In this document: piece after piece, positions 8,485-17,853 of the stretch | How the letters are laid out: each line of letters starts with the position of its first letter | Numbering within the stretch: position 1 is the first letter of the stretch | Assembly: GCA_038065095.1 (NCBI GenBank) | Contig: JBBTRR010000001.1 | Coordinates: 29,652-93,651 of the forward strand | Direction of reading: 5' to 3' | DNA length: 64,000 nucleotides | DNA from: Patescibacteria group bacterium | Lineage (GTDB): Bacteria > Patescibacteriota > Minisyncoccia > JACQLN01 | Position numbers and translations under genes: made by a program | The notes under the pieces: generated by a model | The model's database searches: none | Told to the model about the DNA's origin: nothing | Seen by the model: the letters and a program-made list of their open reading frames with translations, nothing else

Positions 8485-9630
8485 GTGTCTAAAACTTTAA
8501 CTAACTTTATTTTGGCAGTTTCCACGCTGGTCGGCACCATAATTGGTGTCGGTATGTTTGGCTTGCCTTATGCGGCAAAAATTTCCGGTTTCGGACCAGT
8601 TATTTTTTACTTGGTATTACTTGGTATTTTAGTAACCTTACTTCATTTAATGTATGGCGAGGTTGTTCTTAGAACCTCAACTAAACATAGGTTGGCGGGT
8701 TATGCCGAAATTTATTTTGGTTCTAAGGGTAAAATAGTTGGTAGTGTTATTTTTTTTATAAATTTATATTTAGCACTTTTAGCTTATTTGGTTGTGGGTG
8801 GGGAATTTTTAAAAAATATTTTTTCTGGATTTTTAAATTTTTCTCCCCAAACCGGAACATTGCTTTTGGCATTAATTGGTTTTGCTGTAGTTTTTAAAGG
8901 GATTAAATTGGCCGGTGTTACCGATTTTTTTATGACAGCGATTTTAATTTTAATGGTTTTTGGAATAGGTTTTTTTGGTTATTCGACAATAGATTCAAAA
9001 AATTTAATTAACTTTGCTTCAAAGGATTCTTTATTTTTCCCTTATGGCATAGTTCTTTTTTCTTTAGCGGGTGGTTCGGCCATACCAGAGATAAGATCTT
9101 TTTTTAAAACTAATGTTAAAAATTATGCTAAGGCAATTATTTTAGGTACGGCTATACCTATTCTAATATATGCAGTTTTTACATTTATTATTTTTAGTAT
9201 AAGCGGAACTTTTACATCTAAAGAAGCTATTTCTGGTCTTGCAAATTTTCTTGGTAATGGTTTCGTAAGATATGGGGCTATTGTTGGCTTTCTTGCTGTA
9301 ATAACATCTTTTTTTACGATAGGTTTAAATTTAAAAAATTCTTTCCGGTTTGATTTTAAACTCCCTGTTTTTGTAAGTTTTGTATTAACGGTTGGCATAC
9401 CACTTTATTTGTTTTTTTCTGGATTCGCAGATTTTATAACCATAATATCTTTGGCCGGTGGAGTAATTGGTGGGTTAGAAGCTCTACTCATAATTTCCCT
9501 TTGGATAAAATCTAGAAAAAAAAGCGAAAGGATTCCCGAATATTCACTTAAATTAAGACCTGTAATTGTTGGTCTTTTGGTTTTGGTGTTTTCTTTGGCA
9601 ATTTTTTACGAACTTATTTATACTCTTTAA
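8485..9630 (+). CDS. amino-acid permease-like membrane transporter (aromatic/hydroxy amino acid permease-like)
   Basis: FILAVSTLVGTIIGVGMFGLPYA N-terminal signature, ~11 TM segments. The GTG start at 8485 is inferred. The ORF track extends to 8422, overlapping the previous ORF. Confidence 0.5.
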   Translation: MSKTLTNFILAVSTLVGTIIGVGMFGLPYAAKISGFGPVIFYLVLLGILVTLLHLMYGEVVLRTSTKHRLAGYAEIYFGSKGKIVGSVIFFINLYLALLAYLVVGGEFLKNIFSGFLNFSPQTGTLLLALIGFAVVFKGIKLAGVTDFFMTAILILMVFGIGFFGYSTIDSKNLINFASKDSLFFPYGIVLFSLAGGSAIPEIRSFFKTNVKNYAKAIILGTAIPILIYAVFTFIIFSISGTFTSKEAISGLANFLGNGFVRYGAIVGFLAVITSFFTIGLNLKNSFRFDFKLPVFVSFVLTVGIPLYLFFSGFADFITIISLAGGVIGGLEALLIISLWIKSRKKSERIPEYSLKLRPVIVGLLVLVFSLAIFYELIYTL

Positions 9631-9631
9631 A

Positions 9632-10219
9632 ATGTCTAAAATAAATAAACTAGAAGAACTAAAAAAGGAGTTGGAAGAAAATAAAGATTTACCACTGCGC
9701 GAATCCAATTTAGTTTTTGGTGAAGGCAATATAGATTCTAAAGTTGTGTTTATCGGCGAGGCGCCCGGCTTTCATGAAGATCAGCAAAGGCGTCCGTTTG
9801 TAGGGCGATCGGGTCAACTCTTAAATCATCTTATAGAGAATATCGGTTGGAAAAGGGAGGAAGTTTATATAACTAATATCGTTAAACGCCGTCCGCCCGA
9901 AAACCGTGATCCATTACCTAACGAAATAGAATCTTATAAGCCTTATTTAACAAGGCAAATAGAAATAATAAATCCAATCCTTATAGTAACCTTGGGTCGG
10001 TTTTCAATGAATTATTTTTTACCTATGGCTAAAATAAGCCGCGATCAGGGCAAAGTATTCAAATGGGGGAAATGGGACGAAAAAGGAGGAAAGGGGAGGT
10101 TCGTTGCTCCTGTGTTTCATCCAGCCGCCGCTCTTAGGTCTAATGGTAATATGGAGGCTTTAAAAAATGCTTTTAAAAAGATACCAAAGATTCTAAAAAA
10201 GTGTGAAAGCTTGGTTTAG
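9632..10219 (+). CDS. uracil-DNA glycosylase, family 4
   Basis: GEAPGFHEDQQRRPFVGRSGQLL, HPAAALR. Start taken at MSKINK (ATG 9632); the upstream extension is hydrophobic and considered spurious. Confidence 0.8.
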   Translation: MSKINKLEELKKELEENKDLPLRESNLVFGEGNIDSKVVFIGEAPGFHEDQQRRPFVGRSGQLLNHLIENIGWKREEVYITNIVKRRPPENRDPLPNEIESYKPYLTRQIEIINPILIVTLGRFSMNYFLPMAKISRDQGKVFKWGKWDEKGGKGRFVAPVFHPAAALRSNGNMEALKNAFKKIPKILKKCESLV

Positions 10220-10327
10220 CAAAAAGCTCTGTGGAAAATGTCTTTTTTATGCACAAAATGACCCCATTTTGTGCCTACTTTTAAGAGGCTAACAAAGCTT
10301 GACTTCTGTGGTTCAAAAAGCGTATAA

Positions 10328-11632
10328 TTGACGAACAATCTGCTTTTAATGTATAAAAAACCACAACTTAGGTTTTTTCTTGTTTTAACAGCTTTTTTAG
10401 CTGTTTTTCTGGTTTCCTCAAATATAGCCCTAGCTGCTTCTAAGAATACTAATTCCGAAAGTGGTCGATATTTAATTGCAACAAAAAGTTACTTTATAAA
10501 ATCTCTTTTTGGTGTTCAGCATGAGTTTGATTCTGGTTTTACGGCCGACCTAACTACTGGCGAGGTTTGGACTTTGGAAAAAATATTTAAAGTTAACGTT
10601 ACATCTGTTCCTCTTTATAAAATAAATAGCACAGATGTTGTTGATACTGTTTCTGCTAATGTTGTAAGTGCTGTTTCTGAAACAGTAGCTTCTTTGCAAA
10701 AAGATGTTCAAAAACCAAAATTTAGGAATGTTTTACCTACCAATGGAATTACTTGGGGTGCTAGTAAAATTTATAGCGACAATTCTCTAATCTCTACTTT
10801 TGGAGGCAAAGAAATTAATGTTGCTATTCTAGATACTGGTGTTAGCGCTTCTCATCCTGATCTAGTTAGTAATATAAAAGATTGTAAAGATTTCACACGA
10901 GGTTCTGTACCGCGTTCTGCTTGTGAAGATAAAAATGGTCACGGCACACATGTGGCTGGAATAATTGCAGGCAATGGCGGTTTTGATACTAAGGGTGTTT
11001 GGGGTATAGCCAGCGAAGCTAATTTATTGGTTTATAAAGTTTGCCGTAACGATGGCACTTGTTGGGCGGATGATGTAGCTTCTGCTTTGGACTATGCTAT
11101 TACCACAAGTAAGACTAATATTGTTTTTATTGGTTTAGGTGGAAATAATGAAAGTTCTGTTTTAAAAAATTCTATAGATTCTGCTTTAAATAAAAATGTT
11201 TTAGTTATTACTGGAGTGGGTAATGATGGCCCAGACAAAGCTTCAATAGATTGGCCAGCAGCTTATAAAAATATAGTTTCTGTGGGTGCCTTAACCGAAG
11301 ATGGTATTGTGGCTACTTGGTCTAGTAGAGGTGTAAATGATGGTGATTACATAAAAGAAGAAAGAGAGATTTCTTTTGTGGCCCCAGGCGTAAATGTAGA
11401 ATCAACTTGGGTTGATGGCAGTTACCGCTTTCTTTCGGGAACTTCTATGGCTGCGGCTTATGTTGCCGGTATAGCTACTAAAATATGGAATGGTTCGGCT
11501 ACAAGTACATTGGTTAATTTAGAAAAACTAAGCCAAGATATTGGTTTGCTGGGCGATGATAACGCTACTGGTTTTGGTATGTTGGTTTTACCTAAAAGCA
11601 AAATAGAAACCCCAATTACTTCGTTGCCATAA
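10328..11632 (+). CDS. secreted subtilisin-like serine protease (S8)
   Basis: Catalytic-triad motifs DTGVSASHPDL, HGTHVAGIIAG, GTSMAAAYVAG. N-terminal signal peptide. Confidence 0.85.
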   Translation: MTNNLLLMYKKPQLRFFLVLTAFLAVFLVSSNIALAASKNTNSESGRYLIATKSYFIKSLFGVQHEFDSGFTADLTTGEVWTLEKIFKVNVTSVPLYKINSTDVVDTVSANVVSAVSETVASLQKDVQKPKFRNVLPTNGITWGASKIYSDNSLISTFGGKEINVAILDTGVSASHPDLVSNIKDCKDFTRGSVPRSACEDKNGHGTHVAGIIAGNGGFDTKGVWGIASEANLLVYKVCRNDGTCWADDVASALDYAITTSKTNIVFIGLGGNNESSVLKNSIDSALNKNVLVITGVGNDGPDKASIDWPAAYKNIVSVGALTEDGIVATWSSRGVNDGDYIKEEREISFVAPGVNVESTWVDGSYRFLSGTSMAAAYVAGIATKIWNGSATSTLVNLEKLSQDIGLLGDDNATGFGMLVLPKSKIETPITSLP

Positions 11633-11659
11633 TTAGATAATAAATAGATTATATTTTAT

Positions 11660-11697
11660 CCCGCCAGAAACATAAGCTGTTTCTGGCGGGATTTGTT
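11660..11697 (+). terminator. intrinsic terminator
   Basis: CCCGCCAGAAACA...TGTTTCTGGCGGG hairpin followed by ATTTGTTAT. Confidence 0.5.
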
Positions 11698-11708
11698 ATA
11701 ATCAAAAT

Positions 11709-12347
11709 ATGTTCACTGGCGTAAATCGTATTATAAAAATTATTGTGGCAGCGGATTTTTTTTATAATTCGGCTTTTGCTTCTTTTGGCCCGGTTTTTGC
11801 GATTTTTTTGACTAGTCAAATTCAAGGCGGTTCAGCCAAAGTGGCTGGTTTTGCGGCTTCAATTTATTGGATAGTTAAATCTATCTTCCAGTTACCAATT
11901 GCACGTTTTTTAGATAAAACTGATGGTGAACGCGATGATTTTTGGGCGCTATTTTTGGGTTATTTTTTAAGCTCACTTATTCCTATTGCTTATATTTTTG
12001 TTACAAAGCCGGTTCACTTATATATTGTTCAGGGTTTTTACGGTTTTATAATGGCATGGGCGGTGCCGGCTTGGTATTCAATTTTTACTAGGCATGTAGA
12101 TAAATGGAGGATTAGTTTTGAATGGAGTTTAGATAGCGTTTTTTCGGTTGGGCTTGCCGCTTCGGTAGCCACAGCTTTGGGTGGTTATGTAGCCGATAAA
12201 TATGGTTTTGTAGTTTTGTTTCTTTCGGCCAGCGCTATATCACTTTTATCTTCTTTCTTACTACTTGGGTTACTTAGCCATCTTAGCCCAAAAAAACATT
12301 ATCAAGATAGAATAATCCCCGAACGCCATAGAAAAATAGTTCAGTAG
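11709..12347 (+). CDS. hypothetical polytopic membrane protein
   Basis: 212-aa ORF with ~6 TM segments. Confidence 0.4.
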   Translation: MFTGVNRIIKIIVAADFFYNSAFASFGPVFAIFLTSQIQGGSAKVAGFAASIYWIVKSIFQLPIARFLDKTDGERDDFWALFLGYFLSSLIPIAYIFVTKPVHLYIVQGFYGFIMAWAVPAWYSIFTRHVDKWRISFEWSLDSVFSVGLAASVATALGGYVADKYGFVVLFLSASAISLLSSFLLLGLLSHLSPKKHYQDRIIPERHRKIVQ

Positions 12348-12417
12348 ACTTACGCGCCAATATTTGTTAGCTTTTTGGCAAGATAGGTTTGGGTGTTCTT
12401 TTAAAAAAGGAGATAAT

Positions 12418-12555
12418 ATGAAAGCTCTCAAAAGCATTGGCGAGATAATTGCCGTAGTACTTACTCTTGTTGTCTGTATTGGTTGGGGTTTGATTCGTGG
12501 TTATGCCTTTAACTGGATCCGTCCGATTATAGCTTTGGGAGGTTTTAGAAAATGA
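12418..12555 (+). CDS. tiny hypothetical membrane peptide (45 aa)
   Basis: AAAAAGGAGATAAT-ATG RBS. Single TM. Confidence 0.3.
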   Translation: MKALKSIGEIIAVVLTLVVCIGWGLIRGYAFNWIRPIIALGGFRK

Positions 12556-12815
12556 AAAGAAAATATGTTTTTGGCCGCAAGCCAGCATTGGTTGTTACTT
12601 CTAGAGATACGGAAAAATTACTTGTCCCGCTTCTTGAAGAAGTAGGCATATTTCCCGAAGTGCATTGTTACCGACCTGAATTTGTTGAGGACGGCGCGGA
12701 ATTACATCTAGCTGAAGCTTGTTTTATAGGCGTCCAAAATATTAAGGATCACATCGGTCTTTGCAAAACTCATATGGAGGGTTTAAGAAAAGATTCTTTG
12801 CCTGTGGAGGTGTGA
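12552..12815 (+). CDS. small hypothetical protein (87 aa)
   Basis: ATGA start/stop overlap with the upstream ORF. Confidence 0.3.
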   Translation: MKRKYVFGRKPALVVTSRDTEKLLVPLLEEVGIFPEVHCYRPEFVEDGAELHLAEACFIGVQNIKDHIGLCKTHMEGLRKDSLPVEV

Positions 12816-12816
12816 A

Positions 12817-13002
12817 ATGAAAAAGATAAAGTGTTGGTTCAAAGATAAAAAGATTATAATTTACACAATAATGTTTTTTGCTGGATGTGTTGTACTTTTT
12901 CTATCCTCGGCTGGTTTTGGTGCTGGGTTTTTAGGTTGGCATATTATTCTGGCAATGGTTTTGGTGAGTCCTTTTGTGTGTGACCTTGCCAAAGCAACAT
13001 AA
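12817..13002 (+). CDS. small hypothetical membrane protein (61 aa)
   Basis: Start 1 nt after the previous stop. Two TM segments. A terminator hairpin follows at ~13015-13045. Confidence 0.3.
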   Translation: MKKIKCWFKDKKIIIYTIMFFAGCVVLFLSSAGFGAGFLGWHIILAMVLVSPFVCDLAKAT

Positions 13003-13082
13003 AGCATAATTAGTTTAGCTCGGCGGAAAATCCGCTGGGCTTTTTTATTGACCAACAATATAATTGGGTGTATTTTTAATCT

Positions 13083-13265
13083 ATGGCAAAGAAGAAAACT
13101 ACAATTGATATATTTTCAGATAAAGATATAGAACTCCACGAGTTGGATTGTCGTTTAGACAAATTGAACAAGCTTGAAAATTTTGTTATCTTGGTCAAAC
13201 AAGAATATCAGATTAGGCGTTTGGAATTAGAAATAAAAGAGCTCAAAAACGCTCTTGCCATGTAG
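13083..13265 (+). CDS. small coiled-coil protein (60 aa)
   Basis: ORF with heptad-like LELEIKELK. Confidence 0.3.
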   Translation: MAKKKTTIDIFSDKDIELHELDCRLDKLNKLENFVILVKQEYQIRRLELEIKELKNALAM

Positions 13266-13286
13266 TTCTTTAAAAAGGAGGAGATC

Positions 13287-13505
13287 ATGTCCAATACGGT
13301 AGTATATTTTGTTATTGGCTTAGTGTTTAGCTTTTTTTATGTAAAAAAAAATATACTATCCAGAACTGGAGAAGTGCACGGTTTCGGAGTATTATTAATA
13401 TTGACTGTAATTTTTTTAGTGTGTGCCGCCATATGGCCAGTTCTTTTGCTTGTTGATATCGTGATTTTTATCCTAATGTTTCTAGGTAAATTATCTTCAA
13501 AATAG
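13287..13505 (+). CDS. small membrane protein (72 aa)
   Basis: AAAAAGGAGGAGATC-ATG RBS. Two TM segments. A terminator hairpin follows (ATGCACGAC...GTCGTGCAT). Confidence 0.35.
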   Translation: MSNTVVYFVIGLVFSFFYVKKNILSRTGEVHGFGVLLILTVIFLVCAAIWPVLLLVDIVIFILMFLGKLSSK

Positions 13506-13592
13506 AAAACTTGAACTTGTTTGATGATGCACGACACATAAAGTCGTGCATTTTTCTTTTGAGTCAAAGTTGCTAATATTAAAGCCAATACA

Positions 13593-15371
13593 ATGAATCA
13601 AGAAATTGCTAAAATTTTTAAAGAAATATCTATTCTACTTTCAATGCAAGGTGTGGCATTTAAACCGCAGGCGTTTGAGCGGGCGGCCACGAACATAGAA
13701 AACCTAGGCGAGGATTTAAAAGATATATATAAAAAAGGTGGTACTAAGGCTCTAGAACAAATTCAAGGTGTAGGTAAGAGCATGGCAGAAATGATAGAGG
13801 AGTATTTAAAAACAAAAAAAATTAAAGAACATTTAGCTTTAAAGAAAAAAATTCCGGTGGATATAGAGGGCTTAACTAGTGTGGAGGGCGTTGGCCCCAA
13901 GGGTGTATACAAACTTTATAAGAAGCTAGGCATTAGAACCTTAGGCGATTTAGAAAAATCGGCTAAGGCAGGCTTAATTAAAAATTTAGAAGGCTTTGGT
14001 GAAAAATCGGAGGAAAAAATTTTACGTGGTTTAGAGTTTGTTAAAAAGCACAGCGGTAGATATGTTTTAGGTTTTGTTTTACCCGAAATTAGGGAAATTG
14101 TTTTGCGTTTAGAAAAAAGTAAATATGCCGATAAAGTTTTGTTTTGTGGTTCGGCTCGAAGGATGCAGGAAACCATAGGTGACGCCGATATTTTAATAAC
14201 TTCTAAAAATGCAAAAGAAGTTATGGATCTTTTTATAAAAATGCCAGAAGTTGGAAGGGTGGTAGCAAAAGGCGAAACTAAAAGCGTTGTTAAGTTAAAT
14301 AATGGTTTAGAAGTAGACTTGCGTGTGGTAGCGCCCAAAAGTTTTGGGGCAGCGGCGCAATATTTTACTGGTGATAAAAATCATAATGTAGAATTGCGAA
14401 AGATTGCGATAGATAAAGGCTATAAGTTAAATGAGTATGGTTTGTATAAAATTAAAAAATCAAATCTCAAAAATCAAAATTACAATTCAAAAATAAAAAA
14501 TAAAGAAGAATATGTTGCTGGCGAATCAGAAGAGGGCATATATAAGGCGTTAGATATGGATTTTATTCCTCCAGAACTTAGAACCTTAAATGGCGAGATA
14601 GAAGCGGCTCAAAACCATAAACTTCCTAAGCTGGTTGATTACGGCGATTTAAAAGGCGATTTGCAGATTCAAACCAACTGGACGGATGGCGAAAACACAA
14701 TAGAAGAAATGGCTGAAGCCGCTATGAAAATAGGTTTGGAATATATTTTAATTACGGATCATACAAAATCCTTGGCTATGACAGGCGGGTCGGATGAGAA
14801 AAAGTTAGAAAAACAAATGGCAGAAATAGATAAAATAAACAAAAGATCCAAGTTCCAAGATACAGGTTTCAAGATTTTAAAAGGTGCTGAGGTAAATATT
14901 TTAAAAGATGGTTCGTTAGATATAGACGATAAAACTTTAGCTAAATTAGATGTGGTAGGTGTAGCGGTTCATTCTTTATTTAACCTGCCAAAAGCCGAAC
15001 AAACCAAAAGAATAATTAAGGCGATGGAAAACCCAAATGTAGATATTCTTTTTCATCCCACTGGCAGAATTATTAACAAACGACCAGCTTACGAAGTTGA
15101 TATGGAAGAAATTATAAAAGCCGCCAAAAGAACCGGCACGGTTTTAGAAATAGACGCTTTTGCCGATAGGTTAGATTTAAAAGATGAACACATAAGAATG
15201 GCGATAGAGGCAGGTATAAAATTATCCATAGATTCCGATGCGCATCATACGGATCATTTTAAATATTTAGAAATTGGTATTGCGCAGGCGAGAAGGGCTT
15301 GGGCGACAAGGGAAGATATAATAAACACACAACCCTTAGATAAAATGTTAGGATTTTTAAAAAATAATTAA
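13593..15371 (+). CDS. DNA polymerase X family (Pol beta-like domain + PHP domain)
   Basis: HhH motifs GVGKSMAEMIEEY and GVGPKG; the nucleotidyltransferase core; C-terminal PHP (ILITDHT, HS, DSDAHH). Confidence 0.85.
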   Translation: MNQEIAKIFKEISILLSMQGVAFKPQAFERAATNIENLGEDLKDIYKKGGTKALEQIQGVGKSMAEMIEEYLKTKKIKEHLALKKKIPVDIEGLTSVEGVGPKGVYKLYKKLGIRTLGDLEKSAKAGLIKNLEGFGEKSEEKILRGLEFVKKHSGRYVLGFVLPEIREIVLRLEKSKYADKVLFCGSARRMQETIGDADILITSKNAKEVMDLFIKMPEVGRVVAKGETKSVVKLNNGLEVDLRVVAPKSFGAAAQYFTGDKNHNVELRKIAIDKGYKLNEYGLYKIKKSNLKNQNYNSKIKNKEEYVAGESEEGIYKALDMDFIPPELRTLNGEIEAAQNHKLPKLVDYGDLKGDLQIQTNWTDGENTIEEMAEAAMKIGLEYILITDHTKSLAMTGGSDEKKLEKQMAEIDKINKRSKFQDTGFKILKGAEVNILKDGSLDIDDKTLAKLDVVGVAVHSLFNLPKAEQTKRIIKAMENPNVDILFHPTGRIINKRPAYEVDMEEIIKAAKRTGTVLEIDAFADRLDLKDEHIRMAIEAGIKLSIDSDAHHTDHFKYLEIGIAQARRAWATREDIINTQPLDKMLGFLKNN

Positions 15372-15376
15372 TTCAT

Positions 15377-15458
15377 AAATTTGTTCCCTCGTAGACGACA
15401 CGGAGGCCTCTCAATTGTAGAATCGGTCATCTCCGTGATGCTACTCGAGAACAAATTT
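15377..15458 (+). repeat. hairpin repeat HR, subtype 1, copy 2
   Basis: AAATTTGTTCCCTCGTAGACGACACGGAGGCCTCTCAATTGTAGAATCGGTCATCTCCGTGATGCTACTCGAGAACAAATTT. Same core as copy 1, with different but self-complementary flanks. Confidence 0.75.
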
Positions 15459-15467
15459 ATTTTGAGC

Positions 15468-15755
15468 ATGTTTAAAGATAAAGTTTATAAATTTACTAAA
15501 AAAATTCCCAAAGGCAAGGTGGCGACATATAAAAAAGTTGCTATGGCGATTGGTTCACCCAAAGCGGCGAGAGGAGTGGCGATGGTACTGTCTAAAAACT
15601 TTGACCCTAAAATCCCTTGCCATCGTGTTGTAAGAACCGATGGTTCTTTGGGTGGTTATAACCGTGGTGGTATTGTCGCAAAAGCAAAACTACTTAAAAG
15701 TGAAGGAGTCTTGATAGAAAATGGTAAAGTTGACTCAAAAACACATTTAATATAA
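15468..15755 (+). CDS. methylated-DNA-protein-cysteine methyltransferase (MGMT) DNA-binding domain protein
   Basis: PCHRVV active-site motif. The ORF-track start at 15381 merely translates the repeat; ATG 15468 is taken as the start. Confidence 0.75.
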   Translation: MFKDKVYKFTKKIPKGKVATYKKVAMAIGSPKAARGVAMVLSKNFDPKIPCHRVVRTDGSLGGYNRGGIVAKAKLLKSEGVLIENGKVDSKTHLI

Positions 15756-16068
15756 TATACAAATATATTATGAGTTTTATCAAAGCCACGCAATATAAAC
15801 ATATGTTAAAGACCAGAACAATTAACTGGTTTGTTTTGCGTTTCTGCAAAGCTAAAAATAAAGGGGGTTTTGATAAAATACAACAATTTACTACCTAGTT
15901 TAATAAGATAAATTCTATAGATAACTATCAAAACCTCCTTACGGAGGTTTTTAAGTTTTGGGGATTGGTTTGAGCATCTAAACTAGATGTTCAAACCAGA
16001 ATCCTAAAACGTTTAGGTTCTGGGAGTTCCTTAAAATCCAAATATCACACTATCCTAAGGAGGATAAT

Positions 16069-17841
16069 ATGATACGCATTAATAACACTTTCCAGACGCT
16101 TTTTAGTACGCCGAGGTTGTTTTTTACTTTAAAGGATAATCCGGTAAGTGAGCGAGTTATTAGCGAGCTTAAAGAGATGCTTGGTAGTGAACAAGAGTGT
16201 ATTGTTTTTGGAGATGTTAGCGAAGTAAGAGCTATGTTTGAAAGCGGAATTTCGCCAGATTCAGCAGTGGTTTTGATTGATGTTGGTATGTCTGGGGAAT
16301 TTAGCCCCACAACTCAATTACGCCCATGTGAATCTGCAACCATTCCTAGTTGGTCGTGTGGTGCCCAATGGTGTGTAAAGGTAAGTGGTAAATGCCGTCG
16401 CCCTGATCGTTGCGCTCGGCAGTTGCGGGCAGATTTTGTTCGAAATTTTCAAGATCATCTCGGTATCGGCTACTATCCATGGGGCAAACCCCGCCTCAAC
16501 GAAAAACCTCCAGTGAGTGTTAATTTGGGCGATATGACGAATGTTATCGGCAGATTAAACAGTGGCCCAGATTTTGCCGAAGCCATAGCCGATCAAGGGC
16601 ACGTTTTAGAATTGCCCAAGGGTTCCAAGATAAGTTGGATAAGAATTCCACCTGAACCTTTGGTTTGCGATGAAGCTAGTTTGAAGGGGATTATGACCGC
16701 TTTCGACGAGTTCGAAGCATCAAGCTGTAAATTAACTTTGTTGGATAGCAGTGTTTCCGAAATGCTTTTTTCCGGTGTGGATCTTAATGGTTCTCTTAAG
16801 GATATCTATCTTTTTCCTGACAAAAAAATGTTCTCAGTGCGACGTCCCGATTTGCACTTTACAGGTGAAGGGGTGTTTGCGTCGGAGAACGACGAGATGC
16901 CGGGTGGTTTTGCGGAGCTAGTTCATCTGGATCAAGCCTACAAGGTTAATCAAGACAGGTGGCATAGGTGTTTTGAGTGGTTGTCTGGCATGGGTCCAGT
17001 TCTATTTTTGGTTTCGCATGAATGGAGCAAGTGTTATATACCAGAAATAAAGTGGCTGGTAGAAAATTTGCAAAAGCTTGGTTACCCAGCTTTGTTTCTT
17101 TCTACCGAAAACTTGGATCGTCTCATCATCAATTCGCACGGAGTATATTTTGATGGCGAAAAGATGGGTACTGTCTGGCGGCAATTTCCAATTTTCGAAA
17201 CGAAAGAGGATTCCAAATTAGGGGATTTGGTTCACGCGGCTAAAAACGGCGTGATCCGTTTGGTGCCGGAGTTTGCTCATTTCGGAAACAAGGCTTGGTT
17301 TTCTATTTTTAGAAGTCGAGCAGATTTTTTCCGCTGTGAACTTTCTCCAAAATCTTTTTATATTCTAGATGCCATCTTGCCAGATTCTCGTTTGGTTAAT
17401 CCTCAAAGCACTAGCAATCCTTTTCCTTGTTCTGTAGCTGGGTTGAATATTGTTGATATCCATCACTTTATGGGGCTAGAGGAAGATGAAAGGAATCGCT
17501 TAGTGCTTAAGGTTTGTGGAGCCAATACGTTGTCGGCTAGGTCTTATGGCGTACTGATTGGTCATGGCCTTATTGGTAGTACTTGGTCTGGCTGGATCAA
17601 AGAGCGGCTACAGTTAAACCAACCTTTTATTGTTCAACGCCGTTTGGAAAGTGGTGTGGTGCGCATACCCGTTATGAACACTCGTCGAAATTGCGGTGAG
17701 ATGTTTAACTGCCGAGTTCTTTTGCGCCCGTGGATGATAGGTGGGGAATTGGTTTCTGTTTCGGCTTGCGCTGTGCCATCGAATACTTTCAGGGTTCACG
17801 GTATGGTAGACATGGCCGTGGCGCCAGTGATATTTGGATAG
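16069..17841 (+). CDS. ATP-grasp family ligase with long Cys-rich N-terminal extension (GshB/RimK-like C-terminal half)
   Basis: LVLKVCGANTLSARSYGVLIG resembles IVLKPLDGMGGASIFRV; FIVQRRLESG resembles MAQNYLPAIKDGDKR. Markedly higher GC than flanking genes. AAGGAGGATAAT-ATG RBS. Confidence 0.55.
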   Translation: MIRINNTFQTLFSTPRLFFTLKDNPVSERVISELKEMLGSEQECIVFGDVSEVRAMFESGISPDSAVVLIDVGMSGEFSPTTQLRPCESATIPSWSCGAQWCVKVSGKCRRPDRCARQLRADFVRNFQDHLGIGYYPWGKPRLNEKPPVSVNLGDMTNVIGRLNSGPDFAEAIADQGHVLELPKGSKISWIRIPPEPLVCDEASLKGIMTAFDEFEASSCKLTLLDSSVSEMLFSGVDLNGSLKDIYLFPDKKMFSVRRPDLHFTGEGVFASENDEMPGGFAELVHLDQAYKVNQDRWHRCFEWLSGMGPVLFLVSHEWSKCYIPEIKWLVENLQKLGYPALFLSTENLDRLIINSHGVYFDGEKMGTVWRQFPIFETKEDSKLGDLVHAAKNGVIRLVPEFAHFGNKAWFSIFRSRADFFRCELSPKSFYILDAILPDSRLVNPQSTSNPFPCSVAGLNIVDIHHFMGLEEDERNRLVLKVCGANTLSARSYGVLIGHGLIGSTWSGWIKERLQLNQPFIVQRRLESGVVRIPVMNTRRNCGEMFNCRVLLRPWMIGGELVSVSACAVPSNTFRVHGMVDMAVAPVIFG

Positions 17842-17853
17842 TTTTAGGTAAAA

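Noticed and set aside
13916-14338. 140-aa minus-strand ORF inside PolX, and similar antisense ORFs inside ileS, copA, leuS and glyA.
   Set aside because: Antisense shadow ORFs within well-supported conserved genes.
15381-15467. N-terminal extension of the MGMT-like ORF (MFPRRRHGGLSIVESV...).
   Set aside because: It is a translation of hairpin-repeat copy 2. The conserved MGMT domain begins after the ATG at 15468.
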